This document shows, in pieces, positions 51,525-63,563 of a stretch of DNA of 64,000 bases. How positions within the stretch are numbered: the first letter of the stretch is position 1; the number at the start of each line of letters is the position of its first letter. The position numbers and the translations under genes were made by a program. The stretch covers positions 32,001-96,000 of the forward strand of contig CAXTYC010000008.1 in the NCBI GenBank assembly GCA_964248365.1. Direction: 5' to 3'. The DNA is from an uncultured Chroococcidiopsis sp. (lineage in GTDB: Bacteria; Cyanobacteriota; Cyanobacteriia; Cyanobacteriales; Chroococcidiopsidaceae). A model generated the notes under the pieces. It saw only the letters and a program-made list of their open reading frames with translations. It was not told the DNA's origin and did not search any database.

Positions 51525-51744
51525 AAGCTTTAATTGCTAATCGCTAATTGTTAAATTGCTAACAGCTTTTGATCGTAACTTTGACCTACAAGAAGAATTA
51601 CGCTACTTCGCAATTCTCAAATCAATCCTATAGGGGTGCAAAATATTTACCACAAATTTAATTAAAATGCAAATAAAAGTTGAGAAAACAGCACTATCTG
51701 TAAAAGGAAGACTAGAGTGATGTTAAGTCTGTAAGGAGTCTGCT

Positions 51745-53013
51745 ATGGCTACTGACTTTATTCCTACTGCATCCCCAAATGACACCCTAACAGCAAACCA
51801 TGAAATTCTAGACGTGCAAACGATAGACTGCTGTATTGTAGGTGGTGGTCCAGCGGGAGCCGTATTAGCGTTGTTGCTGGCACGTCAAGGCATAGCAGTG
51901 ATGCTGCTGGAAGCACACAAAGACTTTGAGCGAGAATTTCGAGGCGACACAATTCACCCATCAGTCATGGAGATTATGGAGGAATTGGGTTTAGCCGATC
52001 GCTTGCTTCAATTGCACCATTCCAAGCTACGCCAAGTAAATATTCAGACCCAGGAAGAAACCTTTACCCTGGCTGATTTCAGTCATTTGAAAACAAAGTA
52101 TCCTTACATCACCGTGCTACCCCAAGCACGCTTTTTGGAGTTCATCACTGGGGAGGCAAAACATTATCCAAACTTTCAGCTTATTTTGGGTGCAAATGTA
52201 CAAGAACTAATTGAGGAAGGAGGGGAGATCCGAGGTGTGCGCTATCGGGGGCATGGTGGCTGGCACGAAGTTAGGGCGCTCCTTACAGTCGGTGCAGATG
52301 GTCGCCACTCCCGTCTGCGACAACTAGCAGGGTTTAAGCCGATTGAAACCTCGCCACCAATGGACGTTTTGTGGTTCCGTCTGCCAAGATCGGCAGATGA
52401 AGCTGAAGGTTTGAATGGTCGTATAGGTAGAGGTCACATTATTGCTATGGTCGATCGCTCTGATTACTGGCAGATTGGCTTTGTCATTCCAAAAGGCGGC
52501 TACCAACAGTTGCGTACTGCTGGAATGGAGACGCTAAGACAGTCGCTGGTTGAGGTAGTAGGGGAATTGCGCGATCGCGTAGAACTACTAAAAGATTGGT
52601 CACAAGTGGCGTTTCTTTGTGTTGAGTCAAGTCGCCTGCCTCAATGGTATCGTGCTGGCTTACTGTTAATTGGTGACGCTGCCCATGTCATGTCACCTGT
52701 TGGCGGAGTTGGGATCAACTACGCGATTGGGGATGCAGTTGCAGTAGCCAACGTGCTGAGTGAAAAGCTGAAGACGGGTAAATTGCAACCACGCGACTTA
52801 GCCAAAGTACAGCGGCGACGCGAGTTACCAATACGGTTCATTCAAGCTTTTCAATCCTTCATTCAAGAGCAAATTTTTGTCCGAGCGCTTAACACACAGC
52901 AACGTTTTCAGCCTCCAGCTTTCTTGCGAGTGCCAATTTTGCGCGATCTGCCAGCACGGTTGATTGCTTTTGGGTTGTGGTCACCTCATGTGAATAAAGC
53001 AATTAGGAATTAG
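51745..53013 (+). CDS. FAD-dependent monooxygenase/oxidoreductase
   Basis: [31 protein letters not shown]. Confidence 0.9.
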   Translation: MATDFIPTASPNDTLTANHEILDVQTIDCCIVGGGPAGAVLALLLARQGIAVMLLEAHKDFEREFRGDTIHPSVMEIMEELGLADRLLQLHHSKLRQVNIQTQEETFTLADFSHLKTKYPYITVLPQARFLEFITGEAKHYPNFQLILGANVQELIEEGGEIRGVRYRGHGGWHEVRALLTVGADGRHSRLRQLAGFKPIETSPPMDVLWFRLPRSADEAEGLNGRIGRGHIIAMVDRSDYWQIGFVIPKGGYQQLRTAGMETLRQSLVEVVGELRDRVELLKDWSQVAFLCVESSRLPQWYRAGLLLIGDAAHVMSPVGGVGINYAIGDAVAVANVLSEKLKTGKLQPRDLAKVQRRRELPIRFIQAFQSFIQEQIFVRALNTQQRFQPPAFLRVPILRDLPARLIAFGLWSPHVNKAIRN

Positions 53014-55493
53014 CTAACAGTGTTCACAGGTGTGACAGTAATGATTTTTTCATTTTCCTTCAGGGAGGGGAGGCGATCGCCTGTTCCTTCTTTACCGGAT
53101 AAATTTACACAATCCACAGGTATTCGCAATACTCGCTGATTATTCGTCACTAGAGCTACTTCAGATTCTGGTGTTGCCACTACCATTCCAGCCAAACCAT
53201 CTGACTTGTTACTAAAAGACAGCACTTGCATACCAATAGCACCGCGATTAGCCGATCGCAAGGCACTCGCGCTCAGTCGTTTAGCATATCCTAATTCAGA
53301 AACTAGCAACAGATTTTCATCCCTCTTGTCCAACGTCACACAACCAACTAACTGTTCTTGCTTCCGTAGACGCAACGCTTGCACACCAACAGCTGTCCGC
53401 CCCATAATTGGCAGTTGCTCATCATTTACAGCAAAGCGTAGCAACCGCCCCCCACCAGTTGCCAAAATTAGATTTGACGAATGCTGTGTAAGCTGTACAG
53501 ACAATAACTGATCGTCATCCTTAAACTTAATCACTGTCAAACCGCGATTAGTCAAGCTAACCAACTCTGTTGTCAGCAGGCGCTTAATTCGCCCTAATTT
53601 AGTTAGCAAAATTATCTGGGTATTTTCTGGCTCTTGCGGCAGCAAAAAGTGAGAAACTATAGTTTCACTAGCAGCAGAGTTGGGCAGTAAGCCGATCAAT
53701 GGCGTTCCTCTTGCAGCTCGACCGTTGGTTGGGGGAATGTCTGCGACGTTAACTGGGTACACCTTACCGCCGCTGGTAAATACCACTAAATTCTCATCGG
53801 TTTTAGCAATTTGGGTTTGAATCACCAAATCGTTTTCAGGCAAGCCATTATCAGCCTTCTGCTTTTTCCCTGAACGCTGAGCATTGGCTCCCAACCGTCT
53901 TACATACCCTCGCTGGGTAAATTCTAGCAACACTTCTTCAGAATTCTGATTTTGGATAGGGGATTTTGGATTTTCATCCTCCCCCAGCTCCCCCAGCTCT
54001 CCCATTCGCGTACGACGCTCATCCCCGTACTTACGCTTGAGACTTCGCAAATCTTTTTTCAACGCCTTGAGCAACGTGGGGCGATCGCTTAATAACCGCC
54101 GCAACATTTGAATCTGCCCACTCAAAGATTCAAATTCTGTTTGTAAATTCTGCTGTTCCAAATTTGTCAGCCGTCGCAATGGCATTGCCAAAATTGCATC
54201 AGCTTGCGCCTCACTCAAATTAAATCGGTTTTGAAGAGTAATTTTTGCCCCACTTCCATCGCTGGCTTGCCGCAAAATCGTAATTACTTCATCCAGATGA
54301 GATAAAGCACTTAGCAAACCTTCAACTAGATGCAGGCGACTTTCAGCCTTATCCAACTCATGAGTATAGCGACGGCTTAGTGTTTCTTCCCGAAACTTTA
54401 AAAACTCCTGTAATAGCTGGCGTAAAGATAGTTGACGCGGCTGCCCATCTACCAAGGCTAAGAGAATTGCACCAAAATTCGTTTGCAGTGCTGTTTGATG
54501 GTATAATTGCCGCAAAACGTCTTGCCAGTTAGTGTCCCGTTTAAGTTCTATCACCACCCTGATGCCATCGCGATCGCTTTCATCGCGTAGATCGGCAATT
54601 CCTTCAATCTTGCCGTGATTGACTCCTTCGGCTACCTTTTCAATCCAGCCAGCCTTATTCACCTGGTAGGGTAATTCTGTCACTACAATCGCTGTGCGAC
54701 GCGATCGCCCTCGCCCAGATTGAATTTCCTCGATTTGGGTGATTCCTCTAATGGTAATACTGCCCCGACCTGTTGTATAAGCCTCTCTTACGCCTGCTAA
54801 CCCTACAATTTCGCCTCCTGTGGGGAAGTCTGGTGCAGGGATCAACTCAAATAACTTCTCATCCGATAATTCTGGCTGTTCGATCAAAGCGATCAAACCA
54901 TCAACCACCTCACCTAAATTATGGGGCGGAATATTAGTTGCCATACCAACAGCAATACCAGATGATCCATTGAGTAACAGCAACGGTAACTGGGCTGGTA
55001 GTACGGTTGGTTCCTGTTGGGAATTGTCAAAATTACCGATAAATTCAACTGTTTCCTCGCCTATTTCCGCTAGCATTGCCTCATGGCTAATTGGAGCTAG
55101 CCGCGTTTCTGTGTAACGCATAGCTGCTGGTGGATCGTTGTCCACACTGCCAAAGTTGCCATGTCCCGCAAGTAAGGGATAGCGGCTAGAAAATTCCTGT
55201 ACCAACCGCACCAAGGCATCGTATACGGCTTGGTCGCCATGAGGATGGTATTTACCTAGCACGTCGCCCACTACCCGCGCACACTTACGAAATGGGCGAT
55301 CGGGAGTTAGCCCCAACTCATGCATGGCATACAAAATGCGCCTATGCACAGGCTTTAATCCATCCCGCACATCTGGTAATGCACGACCGACAATTACACT
55401 CATGGCATATTCCAGATAAGACCGTTGCATTTCTGTATGCAGGGCTATGGGAATTACCTGTCCCTGTGAGAGAAGGTTTAACTGTTTTGCCAT
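53010..55493 (-). CDS. gyrA: DNA gyrase/topoisomerase IV subunit A (cyanobacterial second GyrA paralog)
   Basis: [24 protein letters not shown]-terminal pinwheel without a clear QRRGGKG box. Confidence 0.9.
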   Translation of the reverse strand: MAKQLNLLSQGQVIPIALHTEMQRSYLEYAMSVIVGRALPDVRDGLKPVHRRILYAMHELGLTPDRPFRKCARVVGDVLGKYHPHGDQAVYDALVRLVQEFSSRYPLLAGHGNFGSVDNDPPAAMRYTETRLAPISHEAMLAEIGEETVEFIGNFDNSQQEPTVLPAQLPLLLLNGSSGIAVGMATNIPPHNLGEVVDGLIALIEQPELSDEKLFELIPAPDFPTGGEIVGLAGVREAYTTGRGSITIRGITQIEEIQSGRGRSRRTAIVVTELPYQVNKAGWIEKVAEGVNHGKIEGIADLRDESDRDGIRVVIELKRDTNWQDVLRQLYHQTALQTNFGAILLALVDGQPRQLSLRQLLQEFLKFREETLSRRYTHELDKAESRLHLVEGLLSALSHLDEVITILRQASDGSGAKITLQNRFNLSEAQADAILAMPLRRLTNLEQQNLQTEFESLSGQIQMLRRLLSDRPTLLKALKKDLRSLKRKYGDERRTRMGELGELGEDENPKSPIQNQNSEEVLLEFTQRGYVRRLGANAQRSGKKQKADNGLPENDLVIQTQIAKTDENLVVFTSGGKVYPVNVADIPPTNGRAARGTPLIGLLPNSAASETIVSHFLLPQEPENTQIILLTKLGRIKRLLTTELVSLTNRGLTVIKFKDDDQLLSVQLTQHSSNLILATGGGRLLRFAVNDEQLPIMGRTAVGVQALRLRKQEQLVGCVTLDKRDENLLLVSELGYAKRLSASALRSANRGAIGMQVLSFSNKSDGLAGMVVATPESEVALVTNNQRVLRIPVDCVNLSGKEGTGDRLPSLKENEKIITVTPVNTVS

Positions 55494-55795
55494 GAATTCT
55501 GTTTCCTGATTGATAACAACAAAAAAGTTTGAGTTACTTTACAAAGCTTACCCAAGCACCACAAATGAATTGCTAACAAAACTCTATTTATAGTAGCCGT
55601 TGGGTAATTTGCAGTATTATGCTTGATTAGCGATCGCGCTGTTGAAAATGTTTGAGTCACCAACTTGTTAAGCTCAAAGTAATTCTTGCACCCATCGGGG
55701 TTTAAATTTCCATAATCTTATGAGTGTTGGGCGATCGCCAACCTCCCCCGATCGGCTATCAAATCTTAATATTAAATTTAGGGTGACAAATTCTG

Positions 55796-56185
55796 ATGAA
55801 AACTGTATTGATTGTGGAAGACGATCCGATTAATGCCCGTGTTTTTTCCAAAATTTTGACCAAGCGAGGGGGTTTGGATGTAAAGCACACGGAAAATGTA
55901 GAAGAAGTGATGGATATTGCTACCTCTGGAAAAGCTGACATTATTTTGATGGATGTTTCTCTCTCTCGCAGTGTTTATCAAGGTAAAGCAGTTGACGGCA
56001 TTAAAATTACCCAAATGCTCAAGGCAAACCCTCAAACTGCGCAGCTACCAATTATCCTCGTTACGGCACACGTAATGGAAGGCGATCGCGAAAACTTTCT
56101 CAAGCTCAGTGGCGCTGATGGCTACATCTCAAAGCCAGTTGTTGACCATCAACAGTTTGTCGAGCAAATTCTGGCAATGCTATAA
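55796..56185 (+). CDS. DivK-like single-domain response regulator
   Basis: VLIVEDD, ILMDVSL, PIILVTAH, YISKP. Confidence 0.88.
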   Translation: MKTVLIVEDDPINARVFSKILTKRGGLDVKHTENVEEVMDIATSGKADIILMDVSLSRSVYQGKAVDGIKITQMLKANPQTAQLPIILVTAHVMEGDRENFLKLSGADGYISKPVVDHQQFVEQILAML

Positions 56186-56521
56186 AAAACTAGCAACACC
56201 TGCTCTAATAAACTTTTAACTTAAGAAAGCTGATTTGCAACCCTATGTTACCCAGCTTGAGGCTGTTCTCAACCCTCTGTGTAGGGGCAAGGCACTGCCT
56301 TGCCTCTACTGCCCTATATCTTAATACAGACGTACTATATTTATCACAATTTATGATGATCAGAGCCTAATAAAAATACACCGCGAAGGGGCGATCGCGG
56401 TGTCATACCGTCTCCGGTTAAATACTTATAAGAGCAGGGGGGCAGGGGGGCAGGGGAGAAATCCTCTCTAGCCACTGGTTCCACTGGTTCCTCTAGCCCC
56501 AAGCCTCTAGCCTCTAGCCCC

Positions 56522-57820
56522 TCACATACTCGACATCACATCCCGTGCTGCTGCCAAAGTCCGGTCAATATCTTCTTCTGTGTGAGCCAAAGAGGTAAAC
56601 CCAGCCTCAAACTGAGATGGAGCTAGATAGATACCGCGCTCTAACATACCACGATGAAAACGGCTGAACTTGGCTAAATCAGACTTTTTGGCATCCTCAT
56701 AGTTATGAACAGGTCCAGCGGTAAAGAAGAAGCCAAACATAGCGCTAATTTGACCGCCACAAGCTGCATGACCAGTTTCTTTGGCAATTTGCAGCATCCC
56801 GTCGGCTAATTTCTTGGTAATGCGATCAAGAGATTCATAAGTACCAGGCTTTTGCAGTAATTCCAAGGTTTTAATTCCAGCAGTCATGGCAAGGGGATTA
56901 CCAGAAAGCGTACCCGCTTGATAGACTGGTCCTGCTGGGGCAACCATCGACATAATATCCTGACGACCGCCATAAGCTCCTACTGGCAGACCACCACCGA
57001 TAATCTTACCTAGTGTTGTCAAGTCAGGAGTGATGCTGAACCTTTCCTGAGCGCCACCATAGGCAATACGGAAACCAGTCATCACTTCGTCAAACACTAA
57101 CAATGCCCCATGCTCTTGGGTAATTTCCCTCAAACCTTCCAAAAATCCAGCATCAGGGACAATGAAACCAGCATTTCCTACTACTGGTTCTAAAATTACT
57201 CCAGCAATTTGATCTGGGTTTTCCTCAAACAACGCTTTGACTGCTTCCAAGTCATTGTAAGGTGCACTCAGGGTGTTGCTAGTGGCAGATTTGGGAACAC
57301 CAGGGGAGTCAGGTAAGCCCAAAGTGGCAACGCCAGAGCCAGCCTTAACCAAGAACATATCAGCATGACCGTGATAACAGCCTTCAAACTTGATGATTTT
57401 ATCTCGTCCGGTAAAGGCGCGCATCAAGCGTAGTACTGCCATACAAGCTTCAGTACCAGAGTTAACAAATCTTACCATTTCAATACTGGGAACGGCATCT
57501 ATAACCATTTCTGCCAGTACGTTTTCCAAGGCACAGGGCGCACCAAAGCTAGTGCCTTTTTCTAGGGCTTCATGCAATGCACCAATCACGTCTGGATGAG
57601 CATGACCACAAATGGCAGGTCCCCAAGTGCCTACGTAGTCAATGTATTGGTTGCCATCTACATCCCAGATGTACGCGCCTTTGACTCGATCAAAAACGAT
57701 CGGTTGTCCTCCCACAGATTTAAAAGCTCGGACTGGAGAACTGACTCCACCAGGCATTAGTTTCTGTGCTGCGGTGAAAATTTCTTCTGATTTGGTGGTT
57801 TTAATCGTGGTATTAACCAA
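56522..57820 (-). CDS. hemL: Glutamate-1-semialdehyde 2,1-aminomutase
   Basis: [35 protein letters not shown]. Confidence 0.98.
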   Translation of the reverse strand: MVNTTIKTTKSEEIFTAAQKLMPGGVSSPVRAFKSVGGQPIVFDRVKGAYIWDVDGNQYIDYVGTWGPAICGHAHPDVIGALHEALEKGTSFGAPCALENVLAEMVIDAVPSIEMVRFVNSGTEACMAVLRLMRAFTGRDKIIKFEGCYHGHADMFLVKAGSGVATLGLPDSPGVPKSATSNTLSAPYNDLEAVKALFEENPDQIAGVILEPVVGNAGFIVPDAGFLEGLREITQEHGALLVFDEVMTGFRIAYGGAQERFSITPDLTTLGKIIGGGLPVGAYGGRQDIMSMVAPAGPVYQAGTLSGNPLAMTAGIKTLELLQKPGTYESLDRITKKLADGMLQIAKETGHAACGGQISAMFGFFFTAGPVHNYEDAKKSDLAKFSRFHRGMLERGIYLAPSQFEAGFTSLAHTEEDIDRTLAAARDVMSSM

Positions 57821-57927
57821 GGTTTTCTCCTAAGTTGGAAGTCTAAAGATCTATCTTTTGACTGTTGTGTACTGTGTTTAGAACTTCTATTTTCAAGGAA
57901 TTAGTGCAGCATTGGAAAAATAAAATT

Positions 57928-58116
57928 ATGTTATATCAAACTAATCAAGATTTACCTTTAGAAATTCGCAATCGCCATGAGGAAGCAGCGCAGGATTTAT
58001 ACAGAGCTGCCTACAATTCGGCAATTCAGTGGTACGGGGAAGCAGCTAAGGCGCATAAAGTCGCTCTGAGTGCTGTAAAAATTCATTGTGCCAGAACAGG
58101 GGCTGTATTGGTTTAA
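57928..58116 (+). CDS. ChaB-family protein
   Basis: MLYQTNQDLP...AQDLYRAAYNSA...AHKVALSAVK. Confidence 0.8.
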   Translation: MLYQTNQDLPLEIRNRHEEAAQDLYRAAYNSAIQWYGEAAKAHKVALSAVKIHCARTGAVLV

Positions 58117-58227
58117 GCTAAAACATTTTGGTTAGGCGATCGCCCCTGTTAAGACGAGAAAAAACCAGCTGACACATTCTCAATGGTATCTTGAATTGAT
58201 AGGTTATTGCCATTCGTGTCAGCTGGT

Positions 58228-58881
58228 ATGTCATCTACTTTTGAATTGAACTCATTCCACCAAGCTATTCCTATAGCACAAATTCGCTACGATGAGCGGG
58301 GATTAGTGCCTGCAATTGTGCAAGATTATTTGGATGGCACGGTTCTGATGTTAGCGTGGATGAATCAAGAGTCGCTGCAAAAGACTTTGGAGACAGGGGA
58401 AACCTGGTTTTGGAGCCGTTCTCGCGCGCAGTTGTGGCACAAAGGAGCCACTTCAGGACATATTCAAAAAGTGCAAAGTATCCGCTATGACTGCGATAGT
58501 GATGCCCTCCTGGTGGGAGTGGAACAGGTGGGTGATATTGCCTGTCACACTGGTGAGCCTAGTTGTTTTCATCAGGTAGATGGCTCAGTTGTACCGCCCC
58601 CAGCAGATACATTGAGTCAATTATTTGAGACTGTGCGCGATCGCCGCGACAATCCAACTCAAGGCTCTTATACGTGCCAGCTATTGGCTGGGGGAGACAA
58701 CAAGATTTTGAAAAAACTGGGCGAGGAAACCGCCGAGGTAGTCATGGCTTGTAAAGATGATGAACCAGAGGCGATCGCATCTGAAGTTGCTGATTTGCTA
58801 TATCACACTTTGGTAGCATTAGCTCACCATCGAGTTGATTTGAAAGATGTATATCGGAAGTTGCAAGAACGTCGTAAATAG
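58228..58881 (+). CDS. hisIE: Bifunctional PR-AMP cyclohydrolase / PR-ATP pyrophosphatase
   Basis: [40 protein letters not shown]. Confidence 0.95.
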   Translation: MSSTFELNSFHQAIPIAQIRYDERGLVPAIVQDYLDGTVLMLAWMNQESLQKTLETGETWFWSRSRAQLWHKGATSGHIQKVQSIRYDCDSDALLVGVEQVGDIACHTGEPSCFHQVDGSVVPPPADTLSQLFETVRDRRDNPTQGSYTCQLLAGGDNKILKKLGEETAEVVMACKDDEPEAIASEVADLLYHTLVALAHHRVDLKDVYRKLQERRK

Positions 58882-59107
58882 TGGCGAGTTGTAATTGGTA
58901 GTTGGTAGTTGGTAGTTGGTAAAAGGGGAAAAGGAGTCAGGACTCAGGACTCTGGAGTCAGAAGACAGAAGACAGGAGACAGAATATTTAATCTTCATTT
59001 CCCACTCCCCCACTCTCCCCCTCTCCCCCTTGCCCCCTAATCCCCACAACGCGAGTGAAGAGCGAGTTCCCCCTCTCCCCCTCTCCCTACTCCCTACTCC
59101 CTACTCC

Positions 59108-60355
59108 CTAGACTTGTAGCATTCGATGTAAATATTGCAAAATCGCAATCGTTACAACTACACTGCAAGCTAAGCCTAGCCAAAAACTGTCTGCTACTAG
59201 AGGCGACTGATCTAACGCCCAACCTCCCAAAGGTGGACCAATGAAATATCCAACCGCCCAGCATAGGGAACTCAGGGAAAAATAAATCCCACGTTGAGAT
59301 TCGGGTGCTAAGTCTGTAACTAGGGAGGAAGCAGAGGGTGTGTAGGAGACGATCGCAATTGCAAATAATCCTAAACTCAAAACCGCACAAACTACCTGAC
59401 CTGATGAAATAATGCCTGTAACCCAAATACAGATGAAGCCTAATGCCCATACCAAAGCAGACACGGTTAGAGCTTGGGCATGAGTAAAGCGTCTTAAAAT
59501 ACGGGCAACGGGTAGCTGACAGAGGATAGCTAGGGCAAGATGCCAAGCGAATAGCGCACTAATATTTGATTCGGTAAATCCTTTCCCATTTCCTACTGGC
59601 ACAAAGTTTTTGAGGTAGAGGGGTAGGGTGCTTTGCAGTTGAGAAACATAGGTAGTGAAGATGATATTAACTACCAGGTAGACGAGAAAACGGCGATCGC
59701 TCAGTGCTGTTGCCCAACGTTGTGGTAGAAAGCTTGATTTATTCGCTAACGGTCGATAAGTTTCTTTGATAGCAAAGTAAACCACCGCCAAGAATACCAC
59801 AAAAGAAATTGCATCAATTACAAATAGCGCTCGATAAGCTCCGGTTGTGCCAATCAAAGCCCCGCCTAAAACAATTCCCATCCCCATCCCAAGATTATCT
59901 GCTAGTCGGGTGATTGCGTAAGCCTCCCCGCGTTGCTCAGGTGGAGTCAAATCTGCTACTAATGCCTCATTTGGAGGCCAGTATAAACCTTGCCCTAATC
60001 CCATTAACAAGTTACCAATAACTAGGGTAGGAAAATTGATCGTTGTAGCTAAAACCAGAGAAGCGATCGCGGCAATAGCAGATGAAAGTAACAGCGTCCG
60101 TCGCCGCCCCCACTGGGGAGAATCAGAAAACGAACCGCCTAAAATTCTCCCCAACACCCCAGAAATCGAAGCACTGCCTAAAGCTAAACCTACGGCTGTG
60201 GAAGAAAAACCTAACTGATTAACAAAAAAGATGGGAGCGTAAAACAGAGTAAATCCAGTGCCTACTTCCGTGAGTAATCGACCGATCACCAGAATCCATA
60301 CTTGGGGGTTCAGCTGAGGCAACCGGAATCTTTGTCTAGATTTGCTGAAATTCAT
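59108..60355 (-). CDS. MFS transporter
   Basis: About 12 TM segments; GSFSD...GRRRTL motif A. Confidence 0.88.
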   Translation of the reverse strand: MNFSKSRQRFRLPQLNPQVWILVIGRLLTEVGTGFTLFYAPIFFVNQLGFSSTAVGLALGSASISGVLGRILGGSFSDSPQWGRRRTLLLSSAIAAIASLVLATTINFPTLVIGNLLMGLGQGLYWPPNEALVADLTPPEQRGEAYAITRLADNLGMGMGIVLGGALIGTTGAYRALFVIDAISFVVFLAVVYFAIKETYRPLANKSSFLPQRWATALSDRRFLVYLVVNIIFTTYVSQLQSTLPLYLKNFVPVGNGKGFTESNISALFAWHLALAILCQLPVARILRRFTHAQALTVSALVWALGFICIWVTGIISSGQVVCAVLSLGLFAIAIVSYTPSASSLVTDLAPESQRGIYFSLSSLCWAVGYFIGPPLGGWALDQSPLVADSFWLGLACSVVVTIAILQYLHRMLQV

Positions 60356-60476
60356 TCAATCTTTAAGTATAAAGGCTATTTTAACGTAATTAAAGTAACC
60401 CCTTCGGGAAATATAAGTACAGATTGATAGTTGCGCGAGTTATAGAAACTACTAAATCTTATTTTCTATTACCTAT

Positions 60477-60869
60477 ATGAATATATCCCTCTTAATACTA
60501 GGAGTAGTCATCCTCCTAAGTACTCTCCTATTCGGGCTAATCTTTATTTACTTGGGTAATGCTAATCAAGGAGTAAATAGGGCGCGAGGAAAGCAAAAGA
60601 AAAGATCCCCCTTAAAGACTAAGCGCCTTGATAACAGGAGTTCAAATAGGGTAAAGTTTAAACCGAGTTATGTTAACGACAACAGTGAAATAAGGATAGA
60701 GCAGGTTAGCCGACCGTTGCAAAACAAACTCCTGCTGCTTTTGAATGGCGATCGCAACACAGCCAACAGACTGCTTAATTTAGCAAAAACCCGCAATCCC
60801 CAAAAGTCAGTTCAATGGTGTGCCGAGAAAGTAATTTTTGACTTGCAGCGCGATCGCGGTAGGTATTAA
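60477..60869 (+). CDS. Hypothetical protein: N-terminal TM anchor, basic linker, conserved C-terminal helical domain
   Basis: Hydrophobic N-terminus; C-terminus homologous to that of 61162..61908. Confidence 0.75.
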   Translation: MNISLLILGVVILLSTLLFGLIFIYLGNANQGVNRARGKQKKRSPLKTKRLDNRSSNRVKFKPSYVNDNSEIRIEQVSRPLQNKLLLLLNGDRNTANRLLNLAKTRNPQKSVQWCAEKVIFDLQRDRGRY

Positions 60870-60994
60870 TACTATAGATTTTAGATTTTAGATTGGGAAA
60901 GCTACATCACTAGCAAGTTAGAAAAATCCAAATGTTGGGATAGAAATATCTAACTAAGTATTTTTTAGTAAAAACGATGTTAAATACATTACTT

Positions 60995-61098
60995 ATACCG
61001 TTTCTCCATAAACTTGCACTTTTTACGATCTCCCAAACCCCCTTTATAAGGGGGCTAGGGGGATCGCTCTTTGTGTCATCATCTAGGAAAATTGGTAT
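60995..61098. mobile_element. MITE-like element (~104 bp)
   Basis: Imperfect TIR ATACCGTTTCTCC / GGAAAATTGGTAT; internal CCCCCT-TTAT-AAGGGGG hairpin; TACTT direct repeat on both flanks. Confidence 0.6.
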
Positions 61099-61161
61099 TA
61101 CTTGGGAAATATAAATAGTAGGAATTATTGAAAAAATTATCGCTCGTCACACAAGTAAATT

Positions 61162-61908
61162 ATGAATGCAACAGAAACAGCTAAAAATACTGAGTATTTT
61201 TTAAGCCAAGGATTGAATAAGGCTATAGAAGGAGACTTTAAGGGAGCGATCGCCCACTTCGATCAAGCAGTACAGGTTAATCCTCACAACGCTGATGCTT
61301 ACCACAACCGAGGGCTTGCTCGCTTTAAAATTGGAGAAACTCACAAAGCTATAGAAGACTTCACTCAAGCACTGCGACTCAATCCCAATTATACGGAAGC
61401 TTATGTAGGTCGAGGTAACGCTTATCGTCAATTACAAGATTACCTGGGAGCCATCATCGATTATACTTATCTAGTGCGGCTTAATTCAAAAGACGCTAAA
61501 GCTTACTACAATCGTGGGTTTGTCTACTCACGAGTGGGAGAAAAGCAAAAAGCCATAGAGGACTATCAAACAGCTGTCAAACTCTTTTATGAACGAGGGG
61601 ATGATGTCAACAGTAGACGTGCTTGGGAAAATCTCAAACAGCTTCAGCTATTAATTCCTATTAAAAGTCAAGAAAATACTACATCTACTCATTTTAGTTC
61701 AAAGCATAGCTGTAAAAGTCAAAAAAGTAAACACGGATTTGACTGTGCTAGCCAAAATCTTCTATTTAAACTGATAGGAATATTGCAAGGCGATCGCGAA
61801 GGGGCTATGCGATTGATTTCTCAAGCCAAAATGAAAAATCCTGACAAGTCAGTTGATTGGTGTGTTGAGAAAGTAATTTATGATTTGGAGCGCGATCGCA
61901 GCAGGTAA
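61162..61908 (+). CDS. TPR-repeat protein with the same C-terminal domain as 60477..60869
   Basis: Four TPRs (AYHNRG, AYVGRG, AYYNRG); C-terminal KL...GDR..A.RL...AK..NP.KSV.WC.EKVI.DL.RDR. Confidence 0.88.
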   Translation: MNATETAKNTEYFLSQGLNKAIEGDFKGAIAHFDQAVQVNPHNADAYHNRGLARFKIGETHKAIEDFTQALRLNPNYTEAYVGRGNAYRQLQDYLGAIIDYTYLVRLNSKDAKAYYNRGFVYSRVGEKQKAIEDYQTAVKLFYERGDDVNSRRAWENLKQLQLLIPIKSQENTTSTHFSSKHSCKSQKSKHGFDCASQNLLFKLIGILQGDREGAMRLISQAKMKNPDKSVDWCVEKVIYDLERDRSR

Positions 61909-61922
61909 ACGTCAGTTTGGCA

Positions 61923-62768
61923 TTAGCTTGCTTGACTATTCAACCAATCTGTTAAATCTGTTGCACCAGAAAAATCTAACAGTGCTTCCGCTAAATCTTC
62001 TAGCTGAGCGATAGATAACTGGCGCAGACGCTCTTGTACTTCAGGGTCAACACTACCAATACGACGGGTAAGCAAGCGTAGAACCACTGCTAACTCTCCT
62101 TCCTGCTTGCCTTGTTGTAACCCCTGTTGTAACCCCTTTTGAAGAATATCTTGATAAATTACAGATTCACGCATAATTTCCTCTCTAAAAAGTTGTCGAA
62201 TCAAATTCTTCTCAAACCGCAAACCTGCTAGCATCTGTACACACGCCGATACATTCTGCTGCTGATTGGTTGATTCAATATTAGCTACTTGTGTTGCTAC
62301 TGGCTCTAATAAACCTCTAGGTGAACCTGTCTGTGCTAAAGGAGCTAACGGTAGTAGAGCAGAATCTGCTAGAAGTGGCTCTGGCTCTTGTTCCCACATC
62401 CGAATAACTCGATATCGATGCCGAGTATTAACCGCTACAAATTGCTCAACAAATGCAGACTCTGAGGTTGTGTACTTTAAAAAAATAACTACTTGCTCAA
62501 CCGGACAGCGATACTGCCGATGCAGCCTTACCCAATAATCTAGCATCCTTAAAGGCATAGGCGGATCTGTTGGGGGCAGTGTTTGAAACTCTAGGTGTAA
62601 GATTTGGTTGGAGGTTTGCAATAAAGTGACAGAATCAGCACGTATTGGTTCTACGCTAAGCTCTGTCTTGAGTACTTGAATTTCCCCAGACTCGGCTGAA
62701 AATAGCCAGCGGACAAAATTGCTGGGATATCGTTCAGCTAGGTATTTGCAAATGTTGTCGTAAGTCAA
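61923..62768 (-). CDS. Rpn-family / DUF4351 protein (PD-(D/E)XK transposase-like)
   Basis: YDNICKYLAE, IRADSV, HLEFQT, RMLDYW; GLQQG repeats; LEDLAEALLDF. Confidence 0.88.
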   Translation of the reverse strand: MTYDNICKYLAERYPSNFVRWLFSAESGEIQVLKTELSVEPIRADSVTLLQTSNQILHLEFQTLPPTDPPMPLRMLDYWVRLHRQYRCPVEQVVIFLKYTTSESAFVEQFVAVNTRHRYRVIRMWEQEPEPLLADSALLPLAPLAQTGSPRGLLEPVATQVANIESTNQQQNVSACVQMLAGLRFEKNLIRQLFREEIMRESVIYQDILQKGLQQGLQQGKQEGELAVVLRLLTRRIGSVDPEVQERLRQLSIAQLEDLAEALLDFSGATDLTDWLNSQAS

Positions 62769-62813
62769 TTGATATTGTTGTCTGTTTTCCTGTCAAATTA
62801 TTAACTAAAAGTC

Positions 62814-63563
62814 GTGACACCATTTCTCTTCGTAACCGATCTCGATAATACCCTCGTGGGTGATGACCAAGCCTTGGTAGAACTAAATCAAAGATTAAGT
62901 CAGCATCGCCAAGAATATGGGACTAAAATTGTTTATGCGACTGGGCGATCGCTCGCTCTTTATCGAGAACTGCAAGCACAAAAGCAGTTGTTGCAACCTG
63001 ATGCTTTGGTTGCAGCAGTAGGTACAGAAATTTACCTCAATGGTAGTGAAAATCCTGATCCTGCATGGTCAGAAAAGCTCACTCAAGGATGGAACCGAGA
63101 CTTGATTGTAGCTACAACCGCTCATTTTGCCGATCTCGTTCCCCAACCCGAAACAGAACAGCGTCCTTTCAAAGTAAGTTTTTTCTTGACAGAGGCGATC
63201 GCACAGGAAGTTCTGCCAGAACTAGAGTTGAGGTTGCAAAAACAGGGTTTAGATGTCAAGCTGATCTACAGTACAGGTCAAGATCTGGATATTTTACCCC
63301 GCCATAGCGATAAAGGTTTAGCAGTGGAATTTCTACGCCAACAGTGGGGAATTGCACCAGAGCAAACAGTTGTGTGTGGTGACTCTGGTAATGATATTGC
63401 ATTGTTTGCCTCTGGCTCGTCGCGGGGTATTATTGTCGGCAATGCTAGTTCTGAGCTACTCCAATGGCATAATGCTAATCAGGTAGATTACCATTACCTG
63501 GCTGGGGCGGATTGTGCTGGTGGTATTCTAGAAGGCTTGAAACATTTCGGTTTTTTAGGATGA
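62814..63563 (+). CDS. spp: Sucrose-phosphate phosphatase (HAD IIB)
   Basis: [31 protein letters not shown]. Confidence 0.92.
   Translation: MTPFLFVTDLDNTLVGDDQALVELNQRLSQHRQEYGTKIVYATGRSLALYRELQAQKQLLQPDALVAAVGTEIYLNGSENPDPAWSEKLTQGWNRDLIVATTAHFADLVPQPETEQRPFKVSFFLTEAIAQEVLPELELRLQKQGLDVKLIYSTGQDLDILPRHSDKGLAVEFLRQQWGIAPEQTVVCGDSGNDIALFASGSSRGIIVGNASSELLQWHNANQVDYHYLAGADCAGGILEGLKHFGFLG

Noticed and set aside
53010..55493. GyrA without a GyrA-box as a novelty
   Set aside because: Cyanobacteria commonly carry a second, ParC-like gyrA paralog of this type.
58819..59119. Short ORFs between hisIE and the MFS gene (also 34762..34974)
   Set aside because: They are translations of heptamer tandem repeats.
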